From assembly GCA_002269645.1 (NCBI GenBank), contig NIVC01000299.1, positions 124,001 to 188,000 of the forward strand: DNA of 64,000 bases, written 5' to 3'. A program made the position numbers and the translations under genes. Below are positions 37,202 through 50,074 of the stretch, in pieces (positions within the stretch are counted from its first letter, which is position 1; the number at the start of each line of letters is the position of its first letter). The notes under the pieces are model-generated. The model was not told the DNA's origin and did not search any database. It worked only from the letters and a program-made list of their open reading frames with translations. The DNA comes from Macrostomum lignano (Eukaryota).

Positions 37202-37556
37202 GTGACTATAACTAAACTGTCATGTACTGTTATTTTTCTTGCATTGCATGCATACCTATTTAGCCTTCACTAATTGTGCATGGATACTTATTTAGCCAAA
37301 ATTTTTGTGTGCTCAACTTTGTGCAACTTTATATCTAGCCAAAAATCTTTTTGTACGCTCAGCTTTGTGCCATTTTAATAATAGTCAACCTTGCTCAATT
37401 CTTCCACTAACTATATTACTGATATTACCACGTTGTGTGCTGTTTTAATGTTTTAGTGTCAGCCAATTTTATTTAGTGCCTACGTTTTGTGATTAAAAGC
37501 CCCCTTTGCACTTTAACTACACATTTATTCACTCACTAGTTTATTCATAAATATGT

Positions 37557-37570
37557 AGAAGGGAAGCCAG
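37557..37570 (+). other. Polypurine tract
   Basis: AGAAGGGAAGCCAG immediately upstream of the 3' LTR. Confidence 0.7.
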
Positions 37571-37571
37571 T

Positions 37572-38347
37572 TGAGGCAGGCCCAATATTCTTATACGTAT
37601 ACCATTTCGAATTTACGCCAAATTTCTTAGTTACCGAATTATTTTGTTTAAACGAAACATTTGTTATAACGAAGAATAATTATTTTGTTTAAATTGATGA
37701 AGTAATATTTTGTTTAAACACGTCCCGCGCACCCGTCCCCCCCTCAGTAAAACCTATAAATACAAGCGTTTTCGGGCTTTAAAACTTCGCCCGCCGTTTC
37801 CTTGATTCGGTTAAGAAAAGCAAAACGTGTTGTCTTAGTCACTGGAAAGCAAGACAGGAGAGAAAGCTGTTAGAAGTAAGAAAGCTGTAAGAAGCCAGAA
37901 AAAGCCGTAAGAGGCCAGGAAAGCTGTAAGAAGCCAGAAATAGACGGTTGACGAGTCGGGCAACTCCTTCCCAGGGAGACCGCAACTAAATATAGGGAAT
38001 TAATAGTAGTAATAATAATAGTAGTGAGATTCATAACTACATGTAGACCAGTGTTTGCCGCTCGACACTGCTACCAGGGCGACTTGCATAGATTCAAGGA
38101 GTCCTTAGATTAGAATTCTAGACTTGATATTTTCTAAGAAGCAGCAATTGACTAAGCAATTTTATGGAGTAATAACTATTCTAAATTACAACAACTTGAT
38201 TCTGTAGTGTGATTATAAACTAGGAAGTGTATAGCCCTGGTACAACTTGGTAACAGCAGTGGGATCTTAACAGACAGAAATACCCCCTGCAACAACTTGG
38301 TGGCATAGTGGAATAAAAATACAATAATAGTCAAGACACCTACAACA
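37572..38347 (+). repeat. 3' LTR
   Basis: 776 bp; two substitutions noticed against the 5' LTR (gagccc/gagacc and tagtaa/tagtca). Confidence 0.95.
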
Positions 38348-41261
38348 TTTGAACTGGATATGGTCTTGGATTTGCGCCCAAGCTTTTTATGGACTGAAGG
38401 TATATTTTGATTTTTTGTAGCTAAAGGATAATTTCTTCAATAAACAGTTGAAGTAAGCCAAAAACTTTAATTATAGACTATAATGAAACTCGTCACGACT
38501 ACGAGCTATTCATTTTTTGTAAGGGTGAATTCAAATGTATTAAAAGCATTAAATTAGAGCAGCTGCGCAGGCGCTCAAAATCGCGCCGGTTTAAAAAATC
38601 TCACAATCTCACCTCACAAGTTATGAACCTGCGCCGCTGCGTGCAAGTGCTAACCTACTCATGAAGGAATTATATGGGTTTTGCCCAAGATGTCAGTTTA
38701 TACAATGGGTAATATAACTTGTATTCTTCAAAAATTCTTGCTAAACTCCAGTCTTGAATAGCATTATTGATAGCACGATTTTGAGTTAAGCAAACGACGA
38801 TTCCTAAAGATTGCCTGTAAGCAGTGTTGCCACTTGGTATCGACTGTAAAGTTTTCTCTGCAAGAAAAGATTTCCTCCAAAATTTCTTGCTTTGAAAATG
38901 GATGTTTTGGTGCTTTTTTATTAGCTGAGCAATCTATTTTGGCAGTCTTTTCCTGAATATTTCTAGATTTTTTTCCTTAAAAGTTCTAATTCATTTGAGA
39001 TAATGTGTTTTAAGCACATAAGATTACAATATTGAATGAATGGAATAGTAAGCCTAATTGAAAATTTAAAAAAGTACAATGGCAGATTTTATTACAAGAT
39101 TTTATAGAAGATTGAAAATTTTAACAAGGGTAGACAAGAAACCTACAATTTATAGAAAAATATAAAACTTTAAAATAGAAATAAAAATATAAAATGGAAC
39201 TTATATATTAAATTGCTTAAATATTAAATGGCCTTGCCTAACTCTAGGCACAAAAGGGTGGATAGCTGTCTGGGATGGTGTGGTGCCTAATGTGGCAGTC
39301 TCATGTAGTCATAAAATTACATAAAGTTACTTTTGCTTCTTAGCACTGGCAGTGGCAGCAAGACCCTTGCATTATTGTTGATGTTTTTCATTGCTTCTTA
39401 ATATGCCTACAGCATAGCAGCAGCAAATCAGCCTCCTGCTCACCTAGTTCTTTTTCCTTCTGCTGCTACTCTTTGGCTTTCCATTTCTCTGCTTGCAGGC
39501 ATTGATGCTGTCGCTAGGCCTCCTCTTATTCTTGCCTCTTTTGAATATTTGCCTCTGCTTCTAAAGCATGCCGTTTGTATTCTCTCTGCTTGCACATATT
39601 GCTAGGTCTAGTAAGTTAGGATGCAATTTGTGTAGCAACAATAAGCAATTCACTAAAATTGAAGCCATAGCTTCTAGTCTAGTCTAGTCTTCTAGTCTAG
39701 TATTCTAAAAATGAAAAAAATTGCTTGTATGAAATTGATTATCTCCCAAAAGGCTCAACCAATTTTTTCCGTTTCTTCGCCAAAAGATGTCAAATGTGCC
39801 CGGGATAGTACATGTAATTTTATTAAGCTCTAGCTCATTGCTAAAAAGATTAAATATAAAAAAACTGTTTTAAATGGGCTTTTTCAATGCAAATTTTATT
39901 AGCCTGCGCACAGCAAGAAACTTCACAGCCAATTTAATTGATTGCACCAGAGCCAACTAATAAGAAAACTCACTAGGCCCCACTGCCTAGATAATTACTC
40001 TATTTAACTTGTGTAACCAATTAAGGGGGGATAATAAAAATTCTGGATGCTGGCAGACAGCCTACCCTAGCTAGTAAATTCACTAAAATTGAAGCTATAG
40101 CTTAAATTCACTAAAATTGAAGCCATAGCTTAAGCTTTATTGCTGATTTGAGATTGTATTTTTTACTTGCAAGGCTGCTTTGATCATATCACCTAACAGA
40201 CAATTGCGCTTATTTGTCAGGATGTTCACCAAGTCTAAGAACATTTTCTCATTGTCACTGTTACTATCCGGGAAAGCTAGGCATGCCAAAGTAAGCCCAC
40301 TAAATAGTGGGAACTTCTAGGCACTTGCTCCATCCACAATCTAAGACTTTAGCCCAAATTTCAATATATTTCTTTTCATTCCTAAATATACATCCATTTT
40401 CCTCTAAAATTCATAAAATTCCTTAGAGAAAATTCACATTTATAAAATTTCCTCCAGCCCTCAAATTTTCCTCAATTTCTTCCAATTTCCTCACAAAGGA
40501 AATTTCCTCCAAATACACTGCCTATAAGCCAAATTTTAGAAACTTATTTTAATAAAATTTTCAAATAATAAGGCTTTCATAGGACCTATAACTTATTTAA
40601 CTTTTGCTTCATTTATCAAAATCAATATTAATATTGTTACACTGTCTTTTTTGCCTATCTCTACTGTTAGCTTAATTAGTTAGGCCTAGCTTCTTATTAT
40701 TTATGCATACAATAAATGTACAATAGGCCTACTGCAAAATACAACATGGAAAAATTTTAAATACTATGTATAAAAAGGCAAAATGAATACCTAGGCTATA
40801 TAACTTTTGCAAGCATATTATCAGACACATTGTCCAACATTCAAGTCTTGGATGATGTGCTGGCAAAAGTTAATTGTTATTGAATACAACACTTTCTGAC
40901 ACCTTTTGCAACATTTTTAGTGTTGTAAAAAGTGTTGGAAGATATGTCTAAAAAGGTGTTGGCAAAAGTTATACAGGTAAAAATAATACCATAAAAGATG
41001 AATAAAAATATTTGAATTCATTAAGGCATACATTATTTTACTTCTTAAAATGGTAGGCCTAAGTAGCTCATTTGCTATATCTTTACTTTTTGTTTTTATT
41101 TCATATTTTTATTGAACTAATACAATATCAAAATATCCTTTATTATCTATAATAAAACCTATATCTATATTGCTCAATATCTATATTGCTTAATATTTAT
41201 ATTGTTTAAACAAGACATTTTTCAATGCTTTCTTAATGAATGAGTGCAAAAGTTGACTATA

Positions 41262-42241
41262 CCTTTTCAACTTCAGATTCGTCAAAAGTGAGTTCAAATT
41301 TGTCAGTGTATGCAAAACTATATAGTGCTCAAGGGGAAGAGAATGAGTGTCTATGGTAAATTTTTAGAGAAAGTGACTTCAAATTCTTTTAAGAAAGTGA
41401 ATTTTGTCAGTGCAAATACAGCCTGATCAAAAAAGTGTTTGCTTTGTAAGAAAAGGTGTCTATGGTAAATTTTAAGTAAGTAAGTGAGTGAAGTTTGTCT
41501 GTGGAAAAGTAGCCCAATTGCCTAAAATCTTCATCTCATGCTTTGCTTATTGTTAGAGATGCCCTACATGACAAAAAATAGCCAATGTAACACACAAAGT
41601 CCAGTCAAGCCGGCGACTGATTGCCTGCATTGTCACAGCAGGAGCAGCAGGAAAATCTGCAACAAGCTTTTGCTGCATTTCTTTGAGGGTCACAGTCGGC
41701 TTCTCTTCCACATACCTTGCCAATGCCCTGAGCATCCCCTCAGAAAACTTTGGTCTTACTGCACCTCCATGCGCATTAAGATCAATCCTACCCTCATCAA
41801 CATATCTCCTGATAATGTCACTAGCAGTTGTCATCTTGATATCCAGTTCAATTGCGAGTTGTCTCCAGTCTCGTCCTTGTTGAAAACATTGCACGAGTCT
41901 AGAGCGATCCACAGACGAAATTCTCATGTAGGGCATCTCTGACAACAATCAAAGTATGAAATGAAGATTTCAAGAAATTGGGTTACTTTTCCATAGATGA
42001 ACTTCACTCACTTTCTTACTTAAAATTTACCATAGACACCTTCTTTTCTTCCATGGACAAAGCAAACTTTTTCTGATCAGGCTGTATTTGCACTGATGAA
42101 TTTCACTTACTTAGATGAATTCAAAGTCACTTTCTCTAAAAATTTACCATAGACACTCATTCTCTTCCCCTTGAGCGCTATATAGTTTTGCATACACTGA
42201 TAAATTTGAACTCACTTTTGATGAATCTGAAATTGAAAAGG
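41262..42241 (-). mobile_element. Internally deleted IS630-Tc1-mariner-like DNA transposon with ~310-bp TIRs and TA TSD
   Basis: TA|CCTTTTCAA...TTGAAAAGG|TA; diverged TIRs at 41262-41571 and 41924-42241. Confidence 0.85.
41600..41936 (-). pseudogene. N-terminal paired-like HTH fragment of a Tc1/IS630-like transposase (no DDE domain)
   Basis: MPYMRISSVDRSRLVQ...RQLAIELDIKMTTASDIIRRY...GG.RPKFS...VEEKPTVTLKEMQQKL...TMQAISRRL, a typical bipartite DNA-binding region. Confidence 0.75.
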
Positions 42242-45200
42242 TAAAGGTATATTATAAATTTCGATATAGTTTGTGTAACTCTATGGTACAGGTATAGTTA
42301 CTTTCGTGGATATAACTTTTATTCTCTAGTATCAATTTAAAAAATTCAAAAAACAGTCTGTAGAAGAGATTTTCTGCTATCAGTTCAAAATTTTTAAAAA
42401 ATAGGAAGCCATAGAATGAGAGCTACAGTTAAAAGTATGTATCATTACTTTTTGGACACCCTTCATAAAAAACCTTTTTGGAAAGCAAAGCTTTTGCACT
42501 TCATAGATTAAAAGTGTATAAATGAAATTCTATGGCTGAATTTTGTTCTAAATATAATTCCAATGATATTCAACAATAGTGAAAAGTCAATAATAGCATT
42601 AACTAAAATGCAAAACAAACAGTTTTTTACGAATAAAGAAACTTTATATAGGTTCACACGAACTTGAAAAAAGCAGTCCTTGCCATTTCACTTTAGATCA
42701 AGATTCAAAGCCTCTGTTTTTTTAAGTACATAGTGGAAGTCCTTGGCCTTATCTTTCCTTCTTTAGACATGAATTGGACTAGTAGTAAGCCTGAAAAGTT
42801 TTGCATTTTAAGCAATTAGAAGATTGATTATGTAAAAAGAAATAAAAAGAAAATAGATTACAAAAATGAAAGTCATAAGTTTTTTTATTAATTTTTATTT
42901 TATTGTATATATAGTTTTTTAAATTCAAATGTTGAGTAATTAAAGAAGCTTCATTTCAATGTTTCTCATTAGAATCATAGTCATTTCTGGGCCACTTTCT
43001 CTTCCCTTGCTGCACCTTGCTAGTAGTGTCTCCTTGCATTTCAACTTTGTGGTGCTCTTCATGGATGTAGGGATTTTTTGCATTGGCATGCTTCCCTCTT
43101 GGCATTGGCATGCCTCCCTCTTGGCAACATGTTTCAGTACCTAAATAATGGCAACTTCTGCATTGCATTCAGATGGTTGTCCTCTGTCCTTAGAATATAT
43201 GAACCTGATTGCCTCTGCAAATTTTGGTTTGGGTGGGTGTTCTGTCTGTACACAGGTTGGGAAGGTTACCTGGAAGCCACATAGATTGGGTCCCTGAAGT
43301 GGAATGAATTAGCAATGATTATTTTTACAAGATCAAAGTATAAAATTATATTACTACTACAAGTAGGCTGGAAGCACATGTCTATTTTATTTCCTATGGC
43401 TGTAAGTTGACTGATATTCATTTTGATCAGATATCTATTTGTGATTAATTTATCAAATATAAAAACTGAAAAGGTGCTGTTGAGCTTCAATTGATTATAT
43501 AAAGCTAAGGTAGTCTGGCCACAAGTCAATTTACTTGAACTCAATGGCAATTTCTTCTAGGCTTTTCTTCCTGTTTTCCTTAAAACAACATCAACATCGC
43601 CAGTGATGTCTTTATCAGTTGTAGCGAGCAACTCTAGCTGGTTGTTGCGAGTGTTAGTTAGCCACTCAAAGAGGTGAAGAAATAGAATGTGGCTGTGCCT
43701 GTATATTTATGGTCTGGTAGAACACAGATTTCCGGTTCATTGAGTGCGCGTTGGGATGTTCTCGAGCAGAGGGAAGTGGATAGGCTGGGTGGGGGTCACG
43801 GAGTGCAAACTAGGTACCCGAACTGCCTGCCTGCGCATGCTACATCAGGGATGCTAGCAAACTAGCCAGATTCTTCTCCTTGGCAAGCCAGTGTTTTTGG
43901 CTAGTATCTTATTACTACTATATTACTACTACAAGTAGGAAGCACATGCCTATTTTATTTCCTATGGCTGTAAGTTGGCTGATCAACATTAAGATCATTG
44001 TTTGCAATATCAATAACATTGATTGCCACCTCATGCATGATTTCCTCTTGTTCAGCAGCTTGGATAAGCATCTTATTAAGCTGTTTGTCATCTAAGGCAT
44101 GCAATGATGCAACCTATTATTAATACTGCATATACTCACTAGGGGCCTTTTTGGTCATAGATTTGCAAAAATTACCAGACACCTTTTTGAGCAACACAGC
44201 CTTTTACTATATTTAATTCTACACTTATGCTGTTCAGAATACTTTGAAAAAGAATTAAAAATGTAAAACCATGACTTTCTCAATATAATTTTGCAAACAG
44301 ATAAAAAATTTAATATACCAAGACTGACTTTTATTTAGATAAAGAGCAATAGAGTAAAATGATAAAAAATATACAGTGGAGAGAACAATAAAATAATGCA
44401 ACTTTCTCAATAAACTGCCAGCATTTACATAACAACATAAATTAGCACAAAAATAGTTGAAAATGATGCAAAATATATAATGCAAAACATTTTCTATTTT
44501 TATATTGACATAATATATTGCTGCATCACTACAGAAATGTTACTAATGTTATTAAAATCCAATATGATATACATGTATCTCTACATACATTTGCATTGTG
44601 AAGGATTCTCTATAGGATATAATTTTTGCTGACCTGAAATTCTTTGTACTTCTGGAATAATTTGTATTTTGTCTCCCAACAAGAACTATAGGATGTAATT
44701 TTTCGCTGACCTAAAATTCTTTGCACCTTGCATCTTGGACTTTACAATAAATATCACAAAACAAAGTATAATATAAACTGATACAATTTAGCTATACTAG
44801 GCCTAGTGTTGCATCTAAATAAAACAAGTCTGAAATATAAAAAGACCTAATTTTTTCTACTTTTGAACAATAAAAGCATGTACTAATCTTAATCTGATTG
44901 TTACTACTTAAGATTTTTTTCTAAAATAAAACAGAAAGCCACTTAACAATTTATTAAGACTATGTCAAGGCATTAAGATAAAGATGCTTTAGCTAGTATG
45001 TAGCTTTAGCTAGATAGAATATATATCATTAGCTATTAATATCTGATATATTCAACAGTCACAGTCACAAATGTCCAAGTTTGCCTAATAGTTATTAGCA
45101 ATTATCAAAGGATGTTAAATGGCTTGCTGCAGAGGCCTATTTGCTTTGGTTTGTTTGTTAGGAAATCAAATTTGAAGTAAAATTAAAACATTCAAGTTGC

Positions 45201-45380
45201 AAAAGATGGACAAGGCTGGGGATATATTCCTGACACCGGCGGCCTTCAGTTTAAAATATTCAATTTTTATGCTATAGCAGTGCTGATAAGTACAATGTGA
45301 TGCTTATTCCGAACAGAAGTGGACAATCAAAAATTTGCAAAATCTTAAATAATTTCTTGCATGCTTCATCAGATATCACC

Positions 45381-45827
45381 ATGAGCTCAGAGCCCGGCAC
45401 AGGTGCTCCTCTAGAAGCAGAAAAAGCAGACAACTCGGAGCATGAACAACAGCAACAAACTTCAGAGGCTGCAGCGCCAGAATCGGCAGCTGTTGCTGGT
45501 GCGGCAGAGGCGCTGACAGAGGCCAGGGCTGCGGCTTCCGCATCTGCCACAGCGGCTGCAGTCGCTGCCGCAGCTTCAGCTTCCACCGCTCCATCGTCGG
45601 GGCAGCAGCCGGAAGCAACAGTTGAGCAGGCGGGCGACGCCCTGCTGCTGCAGGCGGCCGGCAAGCTGAGCATCGAGGAGCTGAGCAGGAACACCTTCCA
45701 GGCCATCTCCGACTATGTGAAGGGCGAGCTGGAGAGTGAGCGATTGGGCTGCTATGGGGCTAAGGGATTGCTTTTCTGTTTTCACCTTTACGAGTGCTTT
45801 CAGTTAATATCTGTCTGTCTGTCTGTA

Positions 45828-45880
<53 letters not shown>

Positions 45881-47875
45881 GCCTGTCTCTCTGTCTGTCT
45901 GTCTTCCTGTCTCTCTGTCTGTCTGTCTTTCTGCCTGCCTGTCTGTCTGTCTGCCTGTCTGTCTGCCTGTCTGTCTATCTGCCTGTCTGTCTGTCTGTCT
46001 GCCTGTCTGTCTGCCTGTCTGTCTGTCTGCCTGTCTGTCTGTTTGCCTGTCTGTCTGCCTGTCTGTCTGTCTGTCTGTCTGTCTGTCTGACTGTCTGTCT
46101 GACTGTCTGTCTGTCTGTCTGTCTGTCTCCGCCGATCTATGTAACGAAGTTTTTTGTAGTTTCGACTCTCAGTGTTTTAGTCCGGCTATCAGTGACAATT
46201 AGAGTGACTTAGTCAAGAGGTTTAAAGCGCGGTTAAGTTTCCCTTTTGACATGTGACGCATGTACCCACCAATTCAACCAATGTATGTGTGTCTGTCTGT
46301 GTCTGTCTTTGTGTCTGTGCAGGTCTCTGTCTGTCTGACTGACTGTCTGTTTGTATGTATGCTTTTTTCGTGTCGTTCTTAGGTGCCTGTCTCTCGCTGT
46401 CTTCTCTCCTTCCCTTCCTCCGTTCATCTCTGCCATCTGTAGACTGTGAGCAGGAGTACAGGAATTCCCTATCGCGCCCCCGCCGCCCCCGCAGTCACCA
46501 TAGACGACTACGCCCTGCTAGTGGAGATGAACCGAGTGGCCACTCAGAAATACGCCGACATGCACAATGTGGCCAGCGGGGTCAGCAAGAGTCTGGAAGA
46601 TCTCAATGAAAAATGTGAGCTCCGACTGTTGTCATGAGAGTTCACTTTGTACTTTTTTGTCACACCATGCTTTCTCTATTGCTAATTTTTAACTCAGACC
46701 GGGCTCTGCAGCCGTACCTGGACCAGGTGGACCATCTGGAGGCTAGCGTGACGCAGCTGGAGCAGGCGGCTTACCGGCTGGATGCCTACAGCAAGCGGCT
46801 GGGTGCGTTTGGGAATCTGGGATGCAGTAGGGGAGAAACTGGGATGCAGTTTAGGGGAGAATCTGGGATGCAGTAGGGGGGAGAATCTGGGATGCAGTTT
46901 AGGGAGAATCTGGGATGCAGTTTAGGGGAGAATCTAGGATGCAGTTTAGGGGAGAATCTGGGATGCAGTTTAGGGAGAATCTGGGATGCAGTTTAGGTGA
47001 GAATCTAGGATGCAGTTTAGGGGATAATCTGGGATGCAGTTTAGGGATAATCTGGGATGCAGTTTAGGGGATAATCTAGGATGCAGTTTAGGGGAGAATC
47101 TGGGATGCAGTTTAGGGAGAATCTGGGATGCAGTTTAGGTGAGAATCTAGGATGCAGTTTAGGGGATAATCTGGGATGCAGTTTAGGGATAATCTGGGAT
47201 GCAGTTTAGGGGATAATCTGGGATGCAGTTTAGGGGAGAATCTGGGATGCAGTTTAGGGGAGAATCTGGGATGCAGTTTAGGGGAGAATCTAGGATGCAG
47301 TTTAGGGGAGAATCTGGGATGCAGTTTAGGGAGAATCTGGGATGCAGTTTAGGTGAGAATCTAGGATGCAGTTTAGGGGATAATCTGGGATGCAGTTTAG
47401 GGATAATCTGGGATGCAGTTTAGGGGATAATCTAGGATGCAGTTTAGGGGAGAATCTGGGATGCAGTTTAGGGAGAATCTGGGATGCAGTTTAGGTGAGA
47501 ATCTAGGATGCAGTTTAGGGGATAATCTGGGATGCAGTTTAGGGATAATCTGGGATGCAGTTTAGGGGATAATCTGGGATGCAGTTTAGGGGAGAATCTG
47601 GGATGCAGTTTAGGGGAGAATCTGGGATGCAGTTTAGGGGAGAATCTAGGATGCAGTTTAGGGGAGAATCTGGGATGCAGTTTAGGGGAGAATCTGGGAT
47701 GCAGTTTAGGGGAGAATCTGGGATACAGTTTAGGGGAGAATCTGGGATGCAGTTTAGGGGAGAATCTGGGATGCAGTTTAGGGAGAATCTGGGATGCTGG
47801 CTTGAGAGGAATCCTCACTCATTTCCCGCTGTTGCTCTTCCAGAAGCGAAGTTCAAATCGCTGGAGAAGAGATGA
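45381..47875 (+). CDS. BLOC1S2: BLOC-1 complex subunit 2; 4 coding exons
   Basis: Exons 45381-45735, 46495-46614, 46698-46802 and 47844-47875, all phase 1. The protein [17 protein letters not shown]...[11 protein letters not shown]...[25 protein letters not shown] closely matches the BLOC1S2 C-terminus, with an Ala/Gln-rich N-terminal extension. Confidence 0.92.
45805..46128. repeat. (CTGT)n microsatellite
   Basis: In BLOC1S2 intron 1. Confidence 0.95.
46810..47797. repeat. 22-23-bp intronic minisatellite (GGATGCAGTTTAGGGGAGAATCT)
   Basis: Fills BLOC1S2 intron 3, with higher-order blocks. Confidence 0.95.
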
Positions 47876-48282
47876 TGAGCTGTCTGAGTTTCAACACGGA
47901 ACCGGACTTTCAAGTGTCTCGCTTGTCCATCGCTTCTCATTTCCCTTTCCATTGATTGCAGAATCCCATTTTCATGCCCTAGTTTGCAAAAGCAGTGATG
48001 TTTATGTTCTTAACTGTAGAATATTGAAGTTGAAACAGATGCGTATTATAACATATTTCTGATTACATACAAGTAGAATAATATATCAATCACGCTTGTC
48101 AATAATTATCGGTATGATTGTTTTTACAATTCTGGTTCTTATTAAGTAGTTTATCTGCGTGTGATAGACGGTATCTATTAGATGTATTGAATTTACATCT
48201 ATAATTGCGTATCATTTTATTGTTTCTCTTTTCCTATTACCTACTTGCAGTAGACTATTGAGCTAGCATTGAAGTAGATGCG

Positions 48283-49272
48283 GTGCAGTTTTGAGTAGAT
48301 GCGGTGCGGTATTGAGTAGATGCGGTGCAGTTTTAGTAGATGCGGTGCGGTATTGAGTAGATGCGGTGCAGTTTTGAGTAGATGCGTTGCAGTTTTGAGT
48401 AGATGCGGTGCGGTATTGAGTAGATGCGGGGCAGTTTTGAGTAGATGCGGTGCGGTATTGAGTAGACGCGGTGCAGTTTTGAGTAGATGCGTTGCAGTTT
48501 TGAGTAGATGCGGTGCAGTTTTGAGTAGATGCGGCGGTGCAGTTTTAGTAGATGCGGTGCAGTTTTGGGTAGATGCGGTGCAGTTTTGAGTAGATGCGGC
48601 GGTGCAGTTTTAGTAGATGCGGTGCAGTTTTGGGTAGATGCGGTGCAGTTTTGAGTAGATGCGGTGCAGTTTTTTAATAGATGCGGTGCGGTATTGAGTA
48701 GATGCGGTGCAGTTTTGAGTAGATGCGGTGCAGTTTTGAATAGATGCGGCGGTGCAGTTTTAGTAGATGCGGTGCAGTTTTTTAGTAGATGCGGTGCAGT
48801 TTTTTAGTAGATGCGGTGCAGTTTTTTAGTAGATGCGGTGCAGTTTTTAGTAGATGCGGTGCATTTTTGAGTAGATGCGGTGCAGTTTTGAGTAGATGCG
48901 GTGCAGTTTTTTAGTAGATGCGGTGCAGTTTTGAGTAGATGCGGTGCAGTTTTTTAGTAGATGCGGTGCAGTTTTGAGTAGATGCGGTGCGGTATTGAGT
49001 AGATGCGGTGCAGTTTTGAGTAGATGCGGTGCAGTTTTGAATAGATGCGGCGGTGCAGTTTTAGTAGATGCGGTGCAGTTTTGAGTGGATGCGGTGCAGT
49101 TTTGAGTAGATGCGGTGCAGTTTTGAGTAGATGCGGTGCAGTTTTTTAGTAGATGCGGTGCAGTTTTTTAGTAGATGCGGTGCAGTTTTTTAGTAGATGC
49201 GGTGCAGTTTTTAGTAGATGCGGTGCAGTTTTGAGTAGATGCGGTGCAGTTTTGAGTAGATGCGGTGCAGTA
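48283..49272. repeat. 19-24-bp minisatellite (GTAGATGCGGTGCAGTTTTGA)
   Basis: Occupies most of the BLOC1S2-UBE3D spacer and ends just before the UBE3D start. Confidence 0.95.
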
Positions 49273-49280
49273 GATGCACG

Positions 49281-50040
49281 ATGCCCCTCCATCCCCTTCA
49301 TGCCGCAATGCCGTCCGCCACAGCCGCCGCCCCCGGCTCCCTGCAGCTGTCCGCCATTTACTCCTATTCGTTCAAGAAGGTGAGCATCTGCCTGCACGCG
49401 GCCCAGGACTCCGCTGACGCTATCGGCATCGGCGGCTCCCGCTGCTTGCAGCTCAGCCAGCCCAACCGCGTCACCGTTGAACTGGCCGACGGTCAGCGGC
49501 GCACCGTCGAGCTGGAGGGCCTCCGCCTGGAGCCCATCACCTGTTCGGGCCTGCGCCGGCAGTCGCCAGCCGTGCCGGGCTGCGGAGTCGAACTCAGCGT
49601 CTCCGCCGTCGCCGAGGACGACGAAGACCACATCGCAGCCGGCGTCGTCGACGAATTCGCCGCCGCCGACAAGGCGACCATCGACAGGGTGGCCGGCCTG
49701 ATCCGGGAGGCCCGCGGCCTGCTCTGCAGCTTCTGCTCAGCCAGCCTGGCCGACCTGAGCCGCGTGCTGGAGGTGAGCACCGCGCCAGTGGCTGCCAGTG
49801 CCGACGGACTGCACGAAGCCGCGGCCGCCTACTTCTGCCACGTCGACCACGCCGACGAGCGCCGACTGGTCGCTGACGCTTCGTCCGCGGCGACACCTCG
49901 GCCGGGCGAGTGTCGCTATGACGGTGTCGACCTGACGCTGCCGGGTGCCTATATCATCGCCGAGGCCATCCAGAATGTCAGCAGCGGCAGCAGCGGAGGC
50001 CTCGTCGTTTGCGCCCGCTGCCGCTCGCCCGTCGGCTTCT

Positions 50041-50074
<34 letters not shown>

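Larger units (their letters stand above)
28625..38347 (+). mobile_element. Full-length Ty3/Gypsy LTR retrotransposon with an extra 3' ORF region
   Basis: Two 776-bp TG...CA LTRs, PBS, PPT, gag, and pol in PR-RT-RH-IN order. Flanks ATTG/TTTG (imperfect TSD). Confidence 0.97.

Noticed and set aside
43040-43230. Minus-strand peptide resembling a LINE RT C-terminus (ILRTEDNHL...PRGR)
   Set aside because: Too degenerate, with stops, to call.
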